In this document: positions 10,101-19,068 of the stretch, piece after piece
How positions within the stretch are numbered: position 1 is the first letter of the stretch
How the letters are laid out: every line of letters begins with the position of its first letter
Origin: Myxococcota bacterium
Lineage (GTDB): Bacteria; Myxococcota_A; UBA9160; JAFDDA01
Assembly (NCBI GenBank): GCA_965228475.1
Contig: OZ245817.1
Coordinates: 256,001-320,000 of the forward strand
Direction of reading: 5' to 3'
DNA length: 64,000 nucleotides
Translations under genes and position numbers: made by a program
The notes under the pieces: generated by a model
The model's input: the letters and a program-made list of their open reading frames with translations, nothing else
Told to the model about the DNA's origin: nothing
Database searches by the model: none

Positions 10101-11144
10101 ATGCACGACCCGGCCACGAAACGCACCATCGCCCAGGCCGTCGGCCTGGCGTTCGCTCTCCTCCTCGCTCCCCAGACCGCCCGGGCCGAGTGGGTCGATT
10201 GGATCCTCGAGGCCTCCTTCGAGACGAAGTTCACCGACAACCTGAACCAGACCGCCTTCGACAACGACGAGGCGAGCGACTTCATCTTCTCGCCGAAGCT
10301 CGCGGCCGGCCGGATCTTCCAGCTCGGCGACCTCACCCGGCTCTCGGGAACGATCGACGTCGAGGGGACGACCCATGCCCGCTTCGATCGTCTGAACGCC
10401 GTCACCTACGGCGTCACCGTGGCCGCGCACCACAAGTTCGGACTCGGGCGCAACAAGCCCTGGGCGCGGGCGCACGCCTCGGGCGCGCGCTTCGACCTGC
10501 GCGAGCACGGCCGCGACAGCTGGCTGATCGGGACGGGGCTCGAGTTCGGCAAGCGCTTCACGCCGCGCTTCGACGTCTCGATCGGCTGGGGCTACGACGT
10601 TCGCGAGGCGGAGAGCGGCCGCGCCGCGGTGGTCGGATTCAACGACAACGTCTGGGATCAGGCGCGCCACCGCGTCACGGCCCAGGCAAACTTCCTCGTG
10701 ACGGACCTGCTCCTCTTCACCGGCGGTCTCGAGTACCTGAACGGCGACTTCCTCTCGAGCTGCCCGAAGGTGAACACGGCCGCGGCCCTCGGCGTTGGTC
10801 CCGGGCCTGGCCCTGGACCCGGGCCCGGCCCCGGACCTGGCCCTGGACCGGGGCCCGGACCCGGCCCCGCGCCCGGCCCGGGCGTTGCCGCCGTGGCCGG
10901 CGGCGGAAGCCTGCTGCAGCGGGAGAGCCCGCAGTCCCTCGCCCTCGACGAAGTCTTCGGCAACGATCCGGGCGACTGCATCTATCGGATCGACGGAGAG
11001 ATCTACGCCGCCTTCGTCTCGCTGAACTACCCCGTGACGGACCGGGTGAGCGTCGACCTCGGCTACCGCTTCCAGCACGGCGACGGCAAGATCCTGCACT
11101 ACCAGACGAACTCGGCGAACCTGACGTTCACCTACCGCTACTAG
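10101..11144 (+). CDS. Putative outer-membrane beta-barrel protein with a Gly-Pro repeat loop
   Basis: Signal peptide ending ARA/E, alternating amphipathic strands, C-terminal LTFTYRY; RBS GGAGAG. Confidence 0.7.
   Translation: MHDPATKRTIAQAVGLAFALLLAPQTARAEWVDWILEASFETKFTDNLNQTAFDNDEASDFIFSPKLAAGRIFQLGDLTRLSGTIDVEGTTHARFDRLNAVTYGVTVAAHHKFGLGRNKPWARAHASGARFDLREHGRDSWLIGTGLEFGKRFTPRFDVSIGWGYDVREAESGRAAVVGFNDNVWDQARHRVTAQANFLVTDLLLFTGGLEYLNGDFLSSCPKVNTAAALGVGPGPGPGPGPGPGPGPGPGPGPGPAPGPGVAAVAGGGSLLQRESPQSLALDEVFGNDPGDCIYRIDGEIYAAFVSLNYPVTDRVSVDLGYRFQHGDGKILHYQTNSANLTFTYRY
10797..10883 (+). repeat. In-frame (Gly-Pro)12-Ala-Pro-Gly-Pro-Gly hexamer repeat
   Basis: GGN-CCN repeated with varied third positions. 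Confidence 0.95.
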
Positions 11145-11146
11145 CC

Positions 11147-11785
11147 GTGAAGCTCGCATTGTTCCTGGCCTGGGCGGTCGTTGCCGCGCTGCCGGCGTCG
11201 GCCGGCACCGTCACGGCGACGATCGTCGACAAGAAGGGCAAGCCGGTCGAGGACGCCGTGCTGCTGGCCTACCCCGCTTCGCCGGGGAAACGCGCGCGCA
11301 AGCCCGCCACGGTCGACGTCGACCAGGTCGACAAGGAGTTCAAGCCGCGGGTGTCCGCCGTCGCGGTCGGGACGCCGATCCGCTTCCCGAACTACGATCA
11401 GATCCGCCACCACGTCTACTCGTTCTCGCCCGCCAAGAACTTCGAGATTCCGCTCTACAAGGGCGTCCCCGCGGAGCCGATCGTCTTCGACCAGCCCGGT
11501 GTCGTGACCCTCGGCTGCAACATCCACGATTGGATGCAGGGCTGGGTGTTCGTGGCGGAGACGCCCTACTTCGTGGTGAGCGATGCGAGCGGCAAGGCGG
11601 AGCTGACGGGTCTTCCCGCGGGAGCGACGAGGCTCCGCGTCTGGCACCCCAACCTGAAGGGGAAGCCCGAGGCGACCGAGCAGGCCGTCGAGGTCGGCTC
11701 CGGGAGTCAGGCCGTGGCCTTCGAGATCGACCGCAAGAAGGGTTGGAAGACCCGCCGCGGCGGTCGCAGCCGCGACCGCTACTAG
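11147..11785 (+). CDS. Secreted cupredoxin-like / 'methylamine utilization protein'-type protein
   Basis: GTG 11147, signal peptide; DQVDKEFKP, FPNYDQIRHHVYSFSPAKNF, LGCNIHDWM, VWHP. Confidence 0.8.
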   Translation: MKLALFLAWAVVAALPASAGTVTATIVDKKGKPVEDAVLLAYPASPGKRARKPATVDVDQVDKEFKPRVSAVAVGTPIRFPNYDQIRHHVYSFSPAKNFEIPLYKGVPAEPIVFDQPGVVTLGCNIHDWMQGWVFVAETPYFVVSDASGKAELTGLPAGATRLRVWHPNLKGKPEATEQAVEVGSGSQAVAFEIDRKKGWKTRRGGRSRDRY

Positions 11786-11802
11786 GCCCATCGCGAGAAG
11801 CG

Positions 11803-12453
11803 CTATTTGCCGAAGCCTTCCGGTGCGTCCGGCTGGTTCTCGGGCGCCGCGCGCTGGAACGCTTCCAGTTCGAGGCAGCGGTCTGCGATCCCCGTGAGGG
11901 TCGGGTAGGGCCCGAGGTCGATGCCACCGCGGCGCGCGTTCCCAACCTGGGGAACCACGCAGACGTCTGCGAGGGTCGGGGCCTCGCCGTGGCAGAAGGA
12001 TCCGGTGGCGGGGTGATCCGCCAGGAGCGCTTCGAGCGCCGCGAGGCCGCGCTTCACCCAGTGCCGATACCAGTGGCCGCGGTCTTCGTCGCTGACGCCG
12101 ACCTCGCCGAGGTGGACCAGCACCCCGGTGTTCTGGAGCGGCTGGACGTCGGCGACCACGGCCAGGGCGAGCTGGCGGACCCGGGCGCGCCCGGCGGCGT
12201 CCGCGGGCAGCAGCGGCGGCTGCGGAACCTTCTCTTCGAGGTACTCGAGGATCGCGAGGGCTTGGCTCAAACGGACGTCGCCATCGACGAGGAACGGGAC
12301 CCGTCCCTCGGGGTTCAGCGCGAGGTATTCGCCCCCGAGCTGCGCCCCCTCGAAGAGGTTCACGAAGACCGGCTCGTAGGAGAGCCCCTTCCACTCGAGC
12401 GCGATCCGTACGCGGTAGCTCGCCGACGACAGAATGAACGTGTAGAGCTGCAT
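11803..12453 (-). CDS. maiA: Maleylacetoacetate isomerase (GST zeta class)
   Basis: SSASYRVRIALEWKG, NPEGRVP, QPLQN, TLADVCVVPQV, AAPENQPDA. Confidence 0.85.
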   Translation of the reverse strand: MQLYTFILSSASYRVRIALEWKGLSYEPVFVNLFEGAQLGGEYLALNPEGRVPFLVDGDVRLSQALAILEYLEEKVPQPPLLPADAAGRARVRQLALAVVADVQPLQNTGVLVHLGEVGVSDEDRGHWYRHWVKRGLAALEALLADHPATGSFCHGEAPTLADVCVVPQVGNARRGGIDLGPYPTLTGIADRCLELEAFQRAAPENQPDAPEGFGK

Positions 12454-12520
12454 TCCGCGAGTCTATCGGACCTGCCCGGGCACCGGCCTTGCGGCGCGGC
12501 CCGGTTGCTAGCCTCTTCGC

Positions 12521-13390
12521 ATGGCTGCTCTCCCCCATCCTGCCGGGGCGGCGATTCGCCACGCTCCGCTCCGTGCGCCGCACCGCATGGCGATGGGCCT
12601 CGCGCTTCTCGGGGATCCCGCGCAGTGGCTCGTCCTCGATGCGGACCTCGAGCAGGACGCCGCGGAGAAGCGACGCCTCTTTGCCGAAGTGCCGTCGCAG
12701 GTGTTCGTCGAGCTCCCCGCTTCCCGGGCGGCGCAGCGTGAGACGCGGGACGTCCTCGCCGCGCACCTCGCCGCGCATCATCCGGACGCGCCCCGGCCGC
12801 TCCCGGCGGACGGGGAAGCGCCTCCGCTGCTCGCCGCGAGCTGGCGCGTCCAGGAAGATCTCTCTCTGCTCGAACGGGACGAGTCCTGCTGGCGGCTCAC
12901 GGCGGCGAGCGTCTGCTTCCCGACGCGCTGGGATCTGCCTTCGAAGCTCGGCGACACGCTGACCGGGATCCACGACCCGGTTCCCGGCTACCGAGCGGCG
13001 CTCGGGGCGCCCGCGGAGCGCTTCTTCGACGGCCTCCGCCCGGGCCGGATCGCGGTGCGCGCGAACTGGTCCCTCGTCGACTCGCCGGAGCTCTTCCAGC
13101 CGCTCCACGGAAACCGCGACGCGGCGCGCCACGTCACCCATGAAAACGTGGCGGAGTCCGTCTGGCTTCGCACCGAGCGGCAGACCCTGTGCCGCATGCC
13201 CGAGACCGGTGCCGTGCTCTTCACGATCCGCGTGCTGCGCGATCCGCTCGCGGCGTTCGCGGAGGCCCCGGAGCGCGCGCGCCTGCTCGCGGAAGATCTG
13301 CGGACCCTTCCCGAGGATCTCGCCCGCTACAAGTCGATCCCTGATCTACGGCGCCCCGTCCTCGCCTGGCTCGATGCCGTTGCGCGTTGA
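12521..13390 (+). CDS. DUF3445 / heme-dependent oxidative N-demethylase alpha-subunit family protein
   Basis: VQEDL, VCFPTRW, KLG..IHDPVPG, RANW, LRTERQTLCRMP..GAVLFTIR, YK. Confidence 0.85.
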   Translation: MAALPHPAGAAIRHAPLRAPHRMAMGLALLGDPAQWLVLDADLEQDAAEKRRLFAEVPSQVFVELPASRAAQRETRDVLAAHLAAHHPDAPRPLPADGEAPPLLAASWRVQEDLSLLERDESCWRLTAASVCFPTRWDLPSKLGDTLTGIHDPVPGYRAALGAPAERFFDGLRPGRIAVRANWSLVDSPELFQPLHGNRDAARHVTHENVAESVWLRTERQTLCRMPETGAVLFTIRVLRDPLAAFAEAPERARLLAEDLRTLPEDLARYKSIPDLRRPVLAWLDAVAR

Positions 13391-14020
13391 ACGCAGACGC
13401 TTCTCCATGAACACGCGGCCCGGCGAGCCCGTCACGCGTTCGTAGCCGCGCACGGTGCGCTCCGCCGTCACGGCAAGCCCCTCGCGCTCGTAGAGCCGGC
13501 GCGCCGGGTTCGACATCAGCGTGCTGAGTACCAGCCGCTCGCAACCGCGCTCCTTCGCCACGGCTTCCGCGCGTCGAAGCAACCGTGCGCCGAGCCCGCG
13601 GTTGCGCGCGTGCGGCGCGACGTGGAGTTCGACGACGTGCAGCGCCCGGCCCGGGAGCGGAAAGCTCAGCCGCGATCGCAGCCAGCCGCGATGGGCGAGC
13701 CCGGGGATCTGCCACGGACGGAACGTCGCGAGCACGGCCGGCAGGACCGACGCGCCCGCGACGCCCGTTTCACCTCCCGCGCTTCCCGTTTCCTCCACGG
13801 CGAGCACGCCGACGGGCGTCGCGCCCTCGAAGGCCGCGTGGAGCTCCAGGCTCGGGGCTGGGTGGGCGCCCGTCTCGAAGAGGCGCTCTCCCAGGCGACG
13901 GGCGAGCGTTTCGCTTCCGGCGATGCCGCTCATCTCGGGCCCCGGCGGTTCGTAGATCAGTCGCGCTGCGGCGGCGCGTTCGTCGGGGCGGACGGCACGG
14001 ATGTCGAGCGCCTCACCCAC
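13346..14020 (-). CDS. GNAT family N-acetyltransferase
   Basis: LHVAPHARNRGLGARLL acetyl-CoA motif A; NPARRLYEREG. Confidence 0.8.
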   Translation of the reverse strand: MGEALDIRAVRPDERAAAARLIYEPPGPEMSGIAGSETLARRLGERLFETGAHPAPSLELHAAFEGATPVGVLAVEETGSAGGETGVAGASVLPAVLATFRPWQIPGLAHRGWLRSRLSFPLPGRALHVVELHVAPHARNRGLGARLLRRAEAVAKERGCERLVLSTLMSNPARRLYEREGLAVTAERTVRGYERVTGSPGRVFMEKRLRSTRNGIEPGEDGAP

Positions 14021-14636
14021 CGAGTGAGACCAGACCGGAGACGAGAGCTGCGAAGAGCAGGGAGGACGGGCCGATCGCGAGGAGCGCGGTCCAGGCGAAG
14101 CGCCCAAACGGCACGCCCTTCATCGCGGCCGCGATGTTCACGGCGTGCGCGCCGTAGGGGACGTAGCGGCCGAAGATCAGGAACGCCGGGTGGTCGGCCG
14201 GAAGCCGCTTCAGGAATCCCGGAAGGCGTTCCAGGGTCTTCGGGTCCGCGTCGAGGTCGCGCACCATGAAGCGGACCAGGCCGTACTCGAGGAAGCTTCC
14301 GCCGACCCAGCCGAGCCAGCACAGGAAGGCGCCGAGCCAGAACCCGTAGACGCCGATGCTCACCGCGGCCACCAGTTCCCCGGGAACGGGGGACGCGGAG
14401 ACCACGATCTGCGCCGGCACCAGGAACCACATGGCCGAGGTGCCGAAGCGCTCGCGGATGCCTTCGGCCCCGCCGAGGGCGTCGATGCCCTGGACGAGCA
14501 GCACGCCGCCGGCCACGACCGCGAGGAAGGCGAGGAACCCGCGCGAGCGGATCACGCGCCCGGCAAGGCTCGTTTCGGGTTCGAGCGGGTCGGTCAGGGT
14601 CTCGAGTTCGGCCGGTGCGTCCACGTCGTCCTCCAT
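14013..14636 (-). CDS. VTT/DedA (TVP38/TMEM64) family membrane protein
   Basis: PVPGEL..GVYGFWLG, GRYVPYG..VNIAAAM..VPFGRFAW. Confidence 0.8.
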   Translation of the reverse strand: MEDDVDAPAELETLTDPLEPETSLAGRVIRSRGFLAFLAVVAGGVLLVQGIDALGGAEGIRERFGTSAMWFLVPAQIVVSASPVPGELVAAVSIGVYGFWLGAFLCWLGWVGGSFLEYGLVRFMVRDLDADPKTLERLPGFLKRLPADHPAFLIFGRYVPYGAHAVNIAAAMKGVPFGRFAWTALLAIGPSSLLFAALVSGLVSLGG

Positions 14637-14751
14637 CCTGCGGGAGGGCATCGCAAGCCCCGTGCCGGGAGGCGGCCGTCTGGGGCCCGGTCCGCGGGTG
14701 CGGCCTGCCAGGGGCAGCCGACACCCGCAGCCTACGGAGCGCAGGAAAGCC

Positions 14752-14804
14752 TTGACATGGGAAAAAATCCCACGCATGATTCAGTTGAGTGGGAATATTT
14801 CCCA
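14752..14804 (+). promoter_or_regulatory. sigma70 promoter overlapped by two TGGGA-N5-TCCCA operators
   Basis: TTGACA(14752-57)-N17-CATGAT(14775-80); TGGGAAAAAATCCCA at 14758-14772 and TGGGAATATTTCCCA at 14790-14804. Confidence 0.8.
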
Positions 14805-14838
14805 TTCTATAAAACTCAATGAAATCGGAGACTTCACC

Positions 14839-15312
14839 ATGCGAGCCCCCTTCCTCTTTGCCTTGGCTCCCCTCCTCCTGGCCCTCCCGGCCTCGGCCCA
14901 GGAGATCGCCGTCGATCTCGACGATCTGGGCGATTCGGTCGAGATCGTCCGCGAAGCCGAGATCGCGGACATCCTTCGCCCCGTCCCGGACCGCGACTCC
15001 GTGGATACGGCGATCGTCTTCACGAACAAGCGCGGTTCCCAGACGGCGGCCAAGTGCATCGGCCTCGATGCCAAGGGCAACGTCGTCGGGCGCGCCTACA
15101 CGCGCGTCGCCGCCAACGGCCTCGCGATCCTGTTCGCCTCGGACCTGACGGACGACGCCGACGTGATCGGCAGCGCGCGCTGCGCTTCGCGTCCGGGCGT
15201 CGTCGCCTCGGCCTTCCTGCTCTCGCCCGGCAGCGTCACGGATCTCCCCGTGCAGCAGCGCCGAAGCCGCGGCGCGAAGCGGATCCTGGTCCCGGTGGTG
15301 GCCACCTACTAG
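14839..15312 (+). CDS. Hypothetical secreted protein (157 aa, two Cys)
   Basis: RBS GGAG, signal peptide MRAPFLFALAPLLLALPASA; host-like codon usage. Confidence 0.75.
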   Translation: MRAPFLFALAPLLLALPASAQEIAVDLDDLGDSVEIVREAEIADILRPVPDRDSVDTAIVFTNKRGSQTAAKCIGLDAKGNVVGRAYTRVAANGLAILFASDLTDDADVIGSARCASRPGVVASAFLLSPGSVTDLPVQQRRSRGAKRILVPVVATY

Positions 15313-15320
15313 GGAGGGGG

Positions 15321-15360
15321 ACCGGGGGTGCCGCTCGTTCCCCAGGAGCGGCCCCCCGGT
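15321..15360 (+). terminator. GC-rich intergenic stem-loop (terminator or mRNA stabiliser)
   Basis: ACCGGGGG-T-GCCGCTC / GAGCGGC-CCCCCGGT inverted repeat; no U tract. Confidence 0.5.
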
Positions 15361-15380
15361 CAATCCGGTATCCCTCGGCC

Positions 15381-16241
15381 ATGCCGCGTTGGCGTCGCGT
15401 TCGAGCAGGCTCGCTGGCGTTGCTGGGCGGGGTCGTTCTCGCCTGCCTTCTCGCTTCCCGGCCCGCCGGGGCGAGCGAGGAGGCCGTCTCCGCCAAGCCG
15501 TGGTGGGCCGGCGAGCTCGCGCTTCGGGTCGGCGCCGACTGGAGCAGCGGCGACTACGGCGGCGCCGAAGAGACGGACCTCTGGTTCGTGCCCGTCTCGC
15601 TCGGCTACACCTTCGACGGCTTCGCCCCGACGCCCTATGCCTGGGATCAGTTCGAACTCCGCGTGAGCAGTTCGTACCTGCGCATCCGCGGCCCCGGGGA
15701 CTTCTTCACCGACGGCGCGGCCGGCGTCAGCGCGAACCGCCGCAGCGACGAAGGCGTCGGTGACACCTGGCTGCGCGGCATCTACGTCTTCCTGCCGAAG
15801 CCGACGATGCCGCTCCCGGTCTTCGAACTCGAAGGCAAGCTCAAGATCCCGACGGCCAGCAACACCCGGGACCTCGGCACCGGAAAGCTCGACGGCGCCC
15901 TCGAAGCGACGGTCTCGCGCAGCTTCGGCCCGGTGACGCCGCTGCTCTCGGTCGGCTGGCGCTTCCGCAAGGACCCGGCGGCCACCAACCTGCGGAGCCA
16001 CGCCACCGCGAGCGCCGGCGCGAGCTTCCGGCTCCACGAACGCCTCAGCGCAGGCCTGCTCTACGACTGGCGCGATCGTTCCGCCGAGGGCCGCTCGCGC
16101 TCCCACGAGCTCGTCCCCCACCTGAGCTTCAAGCCGACGCCGCGGGTCGCGATCTCCCCCTACGCCGTCTGGGGGATCGCGGGCTACGTGCCGGACTACG
16201 CGTTCGGCGTGACGTTCCGCTACCAGATCCGGATCGACTGA
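15381..16241 (+). CDS. Outer-membrane beta-barrel 'transporter' (MetA-pathway phenol degradation-like family)
   Basis: SSGDYG, GVGDTWL, KLKIPTA..LGTGKLD, C-terminal GVTFRYQI. Confidence 0.72.
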   Translation: MPRWRRVRAGSLALLGGVVLACLLASRPAGASEEAVSAKPWWAGELALRVGADWSSGDYGGAEETDLWFVPVSLGYTFDGFAPTPYAWDQFELRVSSSYLRIRGPGDFFTDGAAGVSANRRSDEGVGDTWLRGIYVFLPKPTMPLPVFELEGKLKIPTASNTRDLGTGKLDGALEATVSRSFGPVTPLLSVGWRFRKDPAATNLRSHATASAGASFRLHERLSAGLLYDWRDRSAEGRSRSHELVPHLSFKPTPRVAISPYAVWGIAGYVPDYAFGVTFRYQIRID

Positions 16242-16268
16242 GACGATCGGAGCGTCGCCGGCCGGCGC

Positions 16269-17525
16269 TCAGCGCACGTCGAAGATCTGGATGGCGTCCT
16301 GGGTCGGCGCGCGCTCGATCCGGTCCGGCCGCTCGAAGACCTCGGGCCGTTCGAGCTCCGGCCGCTCGGGGGTCTCGGGCCGCTCCGGCCGTTCGATCCG
16401 CTCCGGCTTCACCGGCCGATCGGGCCGCTCGACGGGCCCGACGGCGGCGCGTTCCGGTCGAACCCGGGTCGCTGCGCCCCCGCTCCGAGCGTCCGGGCGT
16501 TCCGGGGCCACGGGCTTCGGCAGCGCGCCTGGGCCGGGCCGTTCGGGCTTTTCGGGACGCGTCGGTGTTTCGCGAACCAGCACCCGCTCGGCGCGGACCG
16601 CGCGCTCGCGGAGCGGCCCCTCGGCGATGATCCGGCGGTCGCGCTCGGGCCGCGCCCCGGCTTCCGCCGGAAGCTCGAGCTCGATGCCCGGTAGCGCGAC
16701 CGTGCCGGGGCGCTCGCCGGGCCGCGCGTAGCCCTCGATGGAGAGTCGTTCGAAGACGCGGCCCCCCGCGCGCCCGCTCGCGAGCTCCGCGCGGATCTCC
16801 GCGAACCGGGCGCGGCCGTCGGGCATCCGTGCATGCCGGACCACACGGGAGGCCACGAGTCTTCCATCGGCGCCGGGGAGCGCCGCAACTTCCAGGGCAT
16901 CGCCGGGTTCGAGTCGTTGGAAGGTGAGCGGTGCCGCGTCGGAGCTCGAAACGATCGGGGTTCCGAACGGAACCTCCACCACGCGGCCTCCGACCACCAG
17001 GCGTCCGCGCGCGTCGTCGAGCGCGGCGATCACGCCGAGGACCGCGCTCACGACTTCGATGCGGTCGGTGAAGAGCCGGCCCGCGCGCGGCTCGGCGACG
17101 AGCCAGACCACCTGGCCCACCGCGAGGTCCCGTGTCGTGCCGACCGTTTCACCGCGGAGGAGCACCGTCGCTCCCGCGTCGTAGCCGATGCGGAGACCGT
17201 TCACGCAAAGGCTCCCGAAGCCCGTGACGGTGCCGAACACACCCGTCCCCCCGACGCCGCCCGCCGGCAGATGGCCCGTTCCTCCGACGCCGCCTTCGCG
17301 TTCGGGCGCGTTCCCGGTCCCCCCGACGCCGCCGCGGGGGGAGAGCCCGGTGCCGCCGACCCCGCCCGGGCTGTGCCCGGTTCCGCCGAGCCCCGAGCCC
17401 CCGGAGCCGGCGAGCAGGGTGGCGTCGGCCAGGGCGCACGGGCCGTCCGCCGCCGCGGGCGCGCCCGCGCAGGCCAGCGCGAGGGCGAGCAGGGCCCGCG
17501 TGGCGATGCGCGCCGGGCTAGCCAT
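16269..17525 (-). CDS. DUF5666 domain protein with N-terminal GGxGGTG repeats and C-terminal ERP repeats
   Basis: Signal peptide; five GG(V/L)GGTG-type repeats; GTVTGFGSLCVNG; DLAVGQVV; low-complexity (ERPE)n tail. Confidence 0.78.
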   Translation of the reverse strand: MASPARIATRALLALALACAGAPAAADGPCALADATLLAGSGGSGLGGTGHSPGGVGGTGLSPRGGVGGTGNAPEREGGVGGTGHLPAGGVGGTGVFGTVTGFGSLCVNGLRIGYDAGATVLLRGETVGTTRDLAVGQVVWLVAEPRAGRLFTDRIEVVSAVLGVIAALDDARGRLVVGGRVVEVPFGTPIVSSSDAAPLTFQRLEPGDALEVAALPGADGRLVASRVVRHARMPDGRARFAEIRAELASGRAGGRVFERLSIEGYARPGERPGTVALPGIELELPAEAGARPERDRRIIAEGPLRERAVRAERVLVRETPTRPEKPERPGPGALPKPVAPERPDARSGGAATRVRPERAAVGPVERPDRPVKPERIERPERPETPERPELERPEVFERPDRIERAPTQDAIQIFDVR

Positions 17526-18378
17526 CGCTCTCGTCCTCATCCCCGAGGGCTTCGTAGAAGTAGATCCCGAAGTTGATGCGGCCCTCGGCGCCCTCGGCAT
17601 CGCCGTCGCGGCGCTGCAGCGCGAGGGCGCGCTCGTTCACCGAGAGCAGCGCGTCCATCCCGAGCCGCTCGGAGAGCTCGCGCAGTTCGGCGACGGCCTC
17701 GGGGGTCAGGCCGTCGTAGTAGACGCTGCGATCGGGCAGGGTCGGCTCGCCGCCGCGCAGGTTGTGCGCGCCGGCGGCCGCATGGTCCGCGAGGTTCCGG
17801 CCGAAGAAGAAGGCCTTCTCGTCGAACCCCTTCTCGGGGACGAAGGCGCGCGTGTTCAACACGACGCGGTCCTGCGAATCGATCCCCGCCACGCCGAGCC
17901 GGAGCCACTCGTCGAGGACCGTGCGCGGCCGAACGTCCTTGCTGACGGACTCGACGAGCCCGTCGAAGGAAACGGCACCACCCTGGCTCGCGAGCCGCGG
18001 GAGCGGAAGCGGGCGGCCCCGCGCGTCGCGGTAGGCGGGCTCGCCGAGCCAACGTGAGACCAGCAGCGCGCCGAGCGACGCGGTCCGTCTCGCCTCCGGG
18101 TTGCCGCCTTCTTCCCGCAACCGCTTCACGTCCTTGCGGTGCACGCCGGTCAGCAGGTGCACGCGCGTGTTGGTCTGACGCCGGCCCTCGAGCGGGAAGT
18201 CCCGCTCGGCGACCTCGACGTAGATCTCCTTCAGCAAACCGGCGAGGACCGGAAAGGTCACGCGATGCTCGACGAGCAGGCGAACCAGGGGCCGGAGCAG
18301 TCGACGCAAGGCACCCAGCAGCGCGCGCGGCGGTGCGCCCGCGTCCTCCGGCTGGCCGCCGCTGGGCTTTGCGCTCAT
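17518..18378 (-). CDS. DUF6502 family protein (putative DNA-binding regulator)
   Basis: LLRPLVRLLV..LLKEIYVEVA..RVHLLTGVHRKDVKRLR (HTH-like), SFDGLVESVSKDVRPRTVLDEWLRLG, DHAAAGAHNL, FGIYFY. Confidence 0.82.
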   Translation of the reverse strand: MSAKPSGGQPEDAGAPPRALLGALRRLLRPLVRLLVEHRVTFPVLAGLLKEIYVEVAERDFPLEGRRQTNTRVHLLTGVHRKDVKRLREEGGNPEARRTASLGALLVSRWLGEPAYRDARGRPLPLPRLASQGGAVSFDGLVESVSKDVRPRTVLDEWLRLGVAGIDSQDRVVLNTRAFVPEKGFDEKAFFFGRNLADHAAAGAHNLRGGEPTLPDRSVYYDGLTPEAVAELRELSERLGMDALLSVNERALALQRRDGDAEGAEGRINFGIYFYEALGDEDESDG

Positions 18379-18425
18379 CGTGTCTCCGTCGTGTCCCCGG
18401 GGTGGGGAAGAGGTTCTCGCGAGCG

Positions 18426-18440
18426 TGGGAAAAAGTACCA
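18426..18440 (-). promoter_or_regulatory. Third TGGGA-N5-TCCCA-like site upstream of the DUF6502 gene
   Basis: TGGGA-AAAAG-TACCA (9/10 arm match) overlapping a -10-like TACTTT on the minus strand, 47 nt upstream of the ATG. Confidence 0.6.
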
Positions 18441-18582
18441 CAACAAGCGAGGCGCGCCTCTCGTGTGGATCGCGTTCTCTGACAAAAAGTTCAATTCAAT
18501 CAATCCTTTGCGGGGGTTTCTGCCGGCCCGGTTCCGGCCATCGGGGTGGGGAAGCCGAGTCCCTCCCGGTACCGTCTGGACC

Positions 18583-19041
18583 ATGACTTCCCGAGGCCAT
18601 CGTCAGACTCCGCTCTCGCCCCGCCGCGCCGGTGCCATTCTCCTCACGCTGTTCGCCCTTGCCTGCGCGCCGGCACAGGAAGGCGGCGGCGAGGGCCCGC
18701 TCGTCGCCTTCGAAGAAGACCGCTTCGGACTCGTCGTGCAGGAGGTCGCCGCGGAGGGGAGCCGCGCGCTGCATACCCGGCTCACCCAGCGCGGCGAGTG
18801 GCACTTCAGTCTCGACTACCCGATCCGCATGGAGCTCGAGGCCGAAGGCCTCGCGCTGCAGCGGACCTGGCGCAAGGCCGAGGCGGTGGAAGTGGCCGAA
18901 GGTGCCGTGGCGTTCCAGGTCCCCTTCGAGGTCGCGAAGGAGGGCGGCGGTCGCGTGGCCGGGACGCTGCACTTCGGCGTGTGCCGGTCCGACGAGCTGT
19001 GCGAACCGGTCAGCGAAACGTTCGAGACGCGGCTGCGTTGA
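18583..19041 (+). CDS. Hypothetical lipoprotein
   Basis: Lipobox-like LFALA-C; WHFSLDYP; C-terminal FGVCRSDELC Cys pair. Confidence 0.65.
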   Translation: MTSRGHRQTPLSPRRAGAILLTLFALACAPAQEGGGEGPLVAFEEDRFGLVVQEVAAEGSRALHTRLTQRGEWHFSLDYPIRMELEAEGLALQRTWRKAEAVEVAEGAVAFQVPFEVAKEGGGRVAGTLHFGVCRSDELCEPVSETFETRLR

Positions 19042-19068
19042 CGTGGGGGCGGCCGGGGACGGCCTCGC

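Noticed and set aside
7505..11146. 1426-aa ORF 7505-11785 and the many other long antisense or alternate-frame ORFs (e.g. 39986-43414, 50294-53389, 56133-59051, 59851-62649)
   Set aside because: GC-rich shadow frames with Arg/Pro/Gly-rich composition overlapping well-supported genes. Only the terminal parts with real starts (e.g. 11147-11785, 52658-53389) are genuine.
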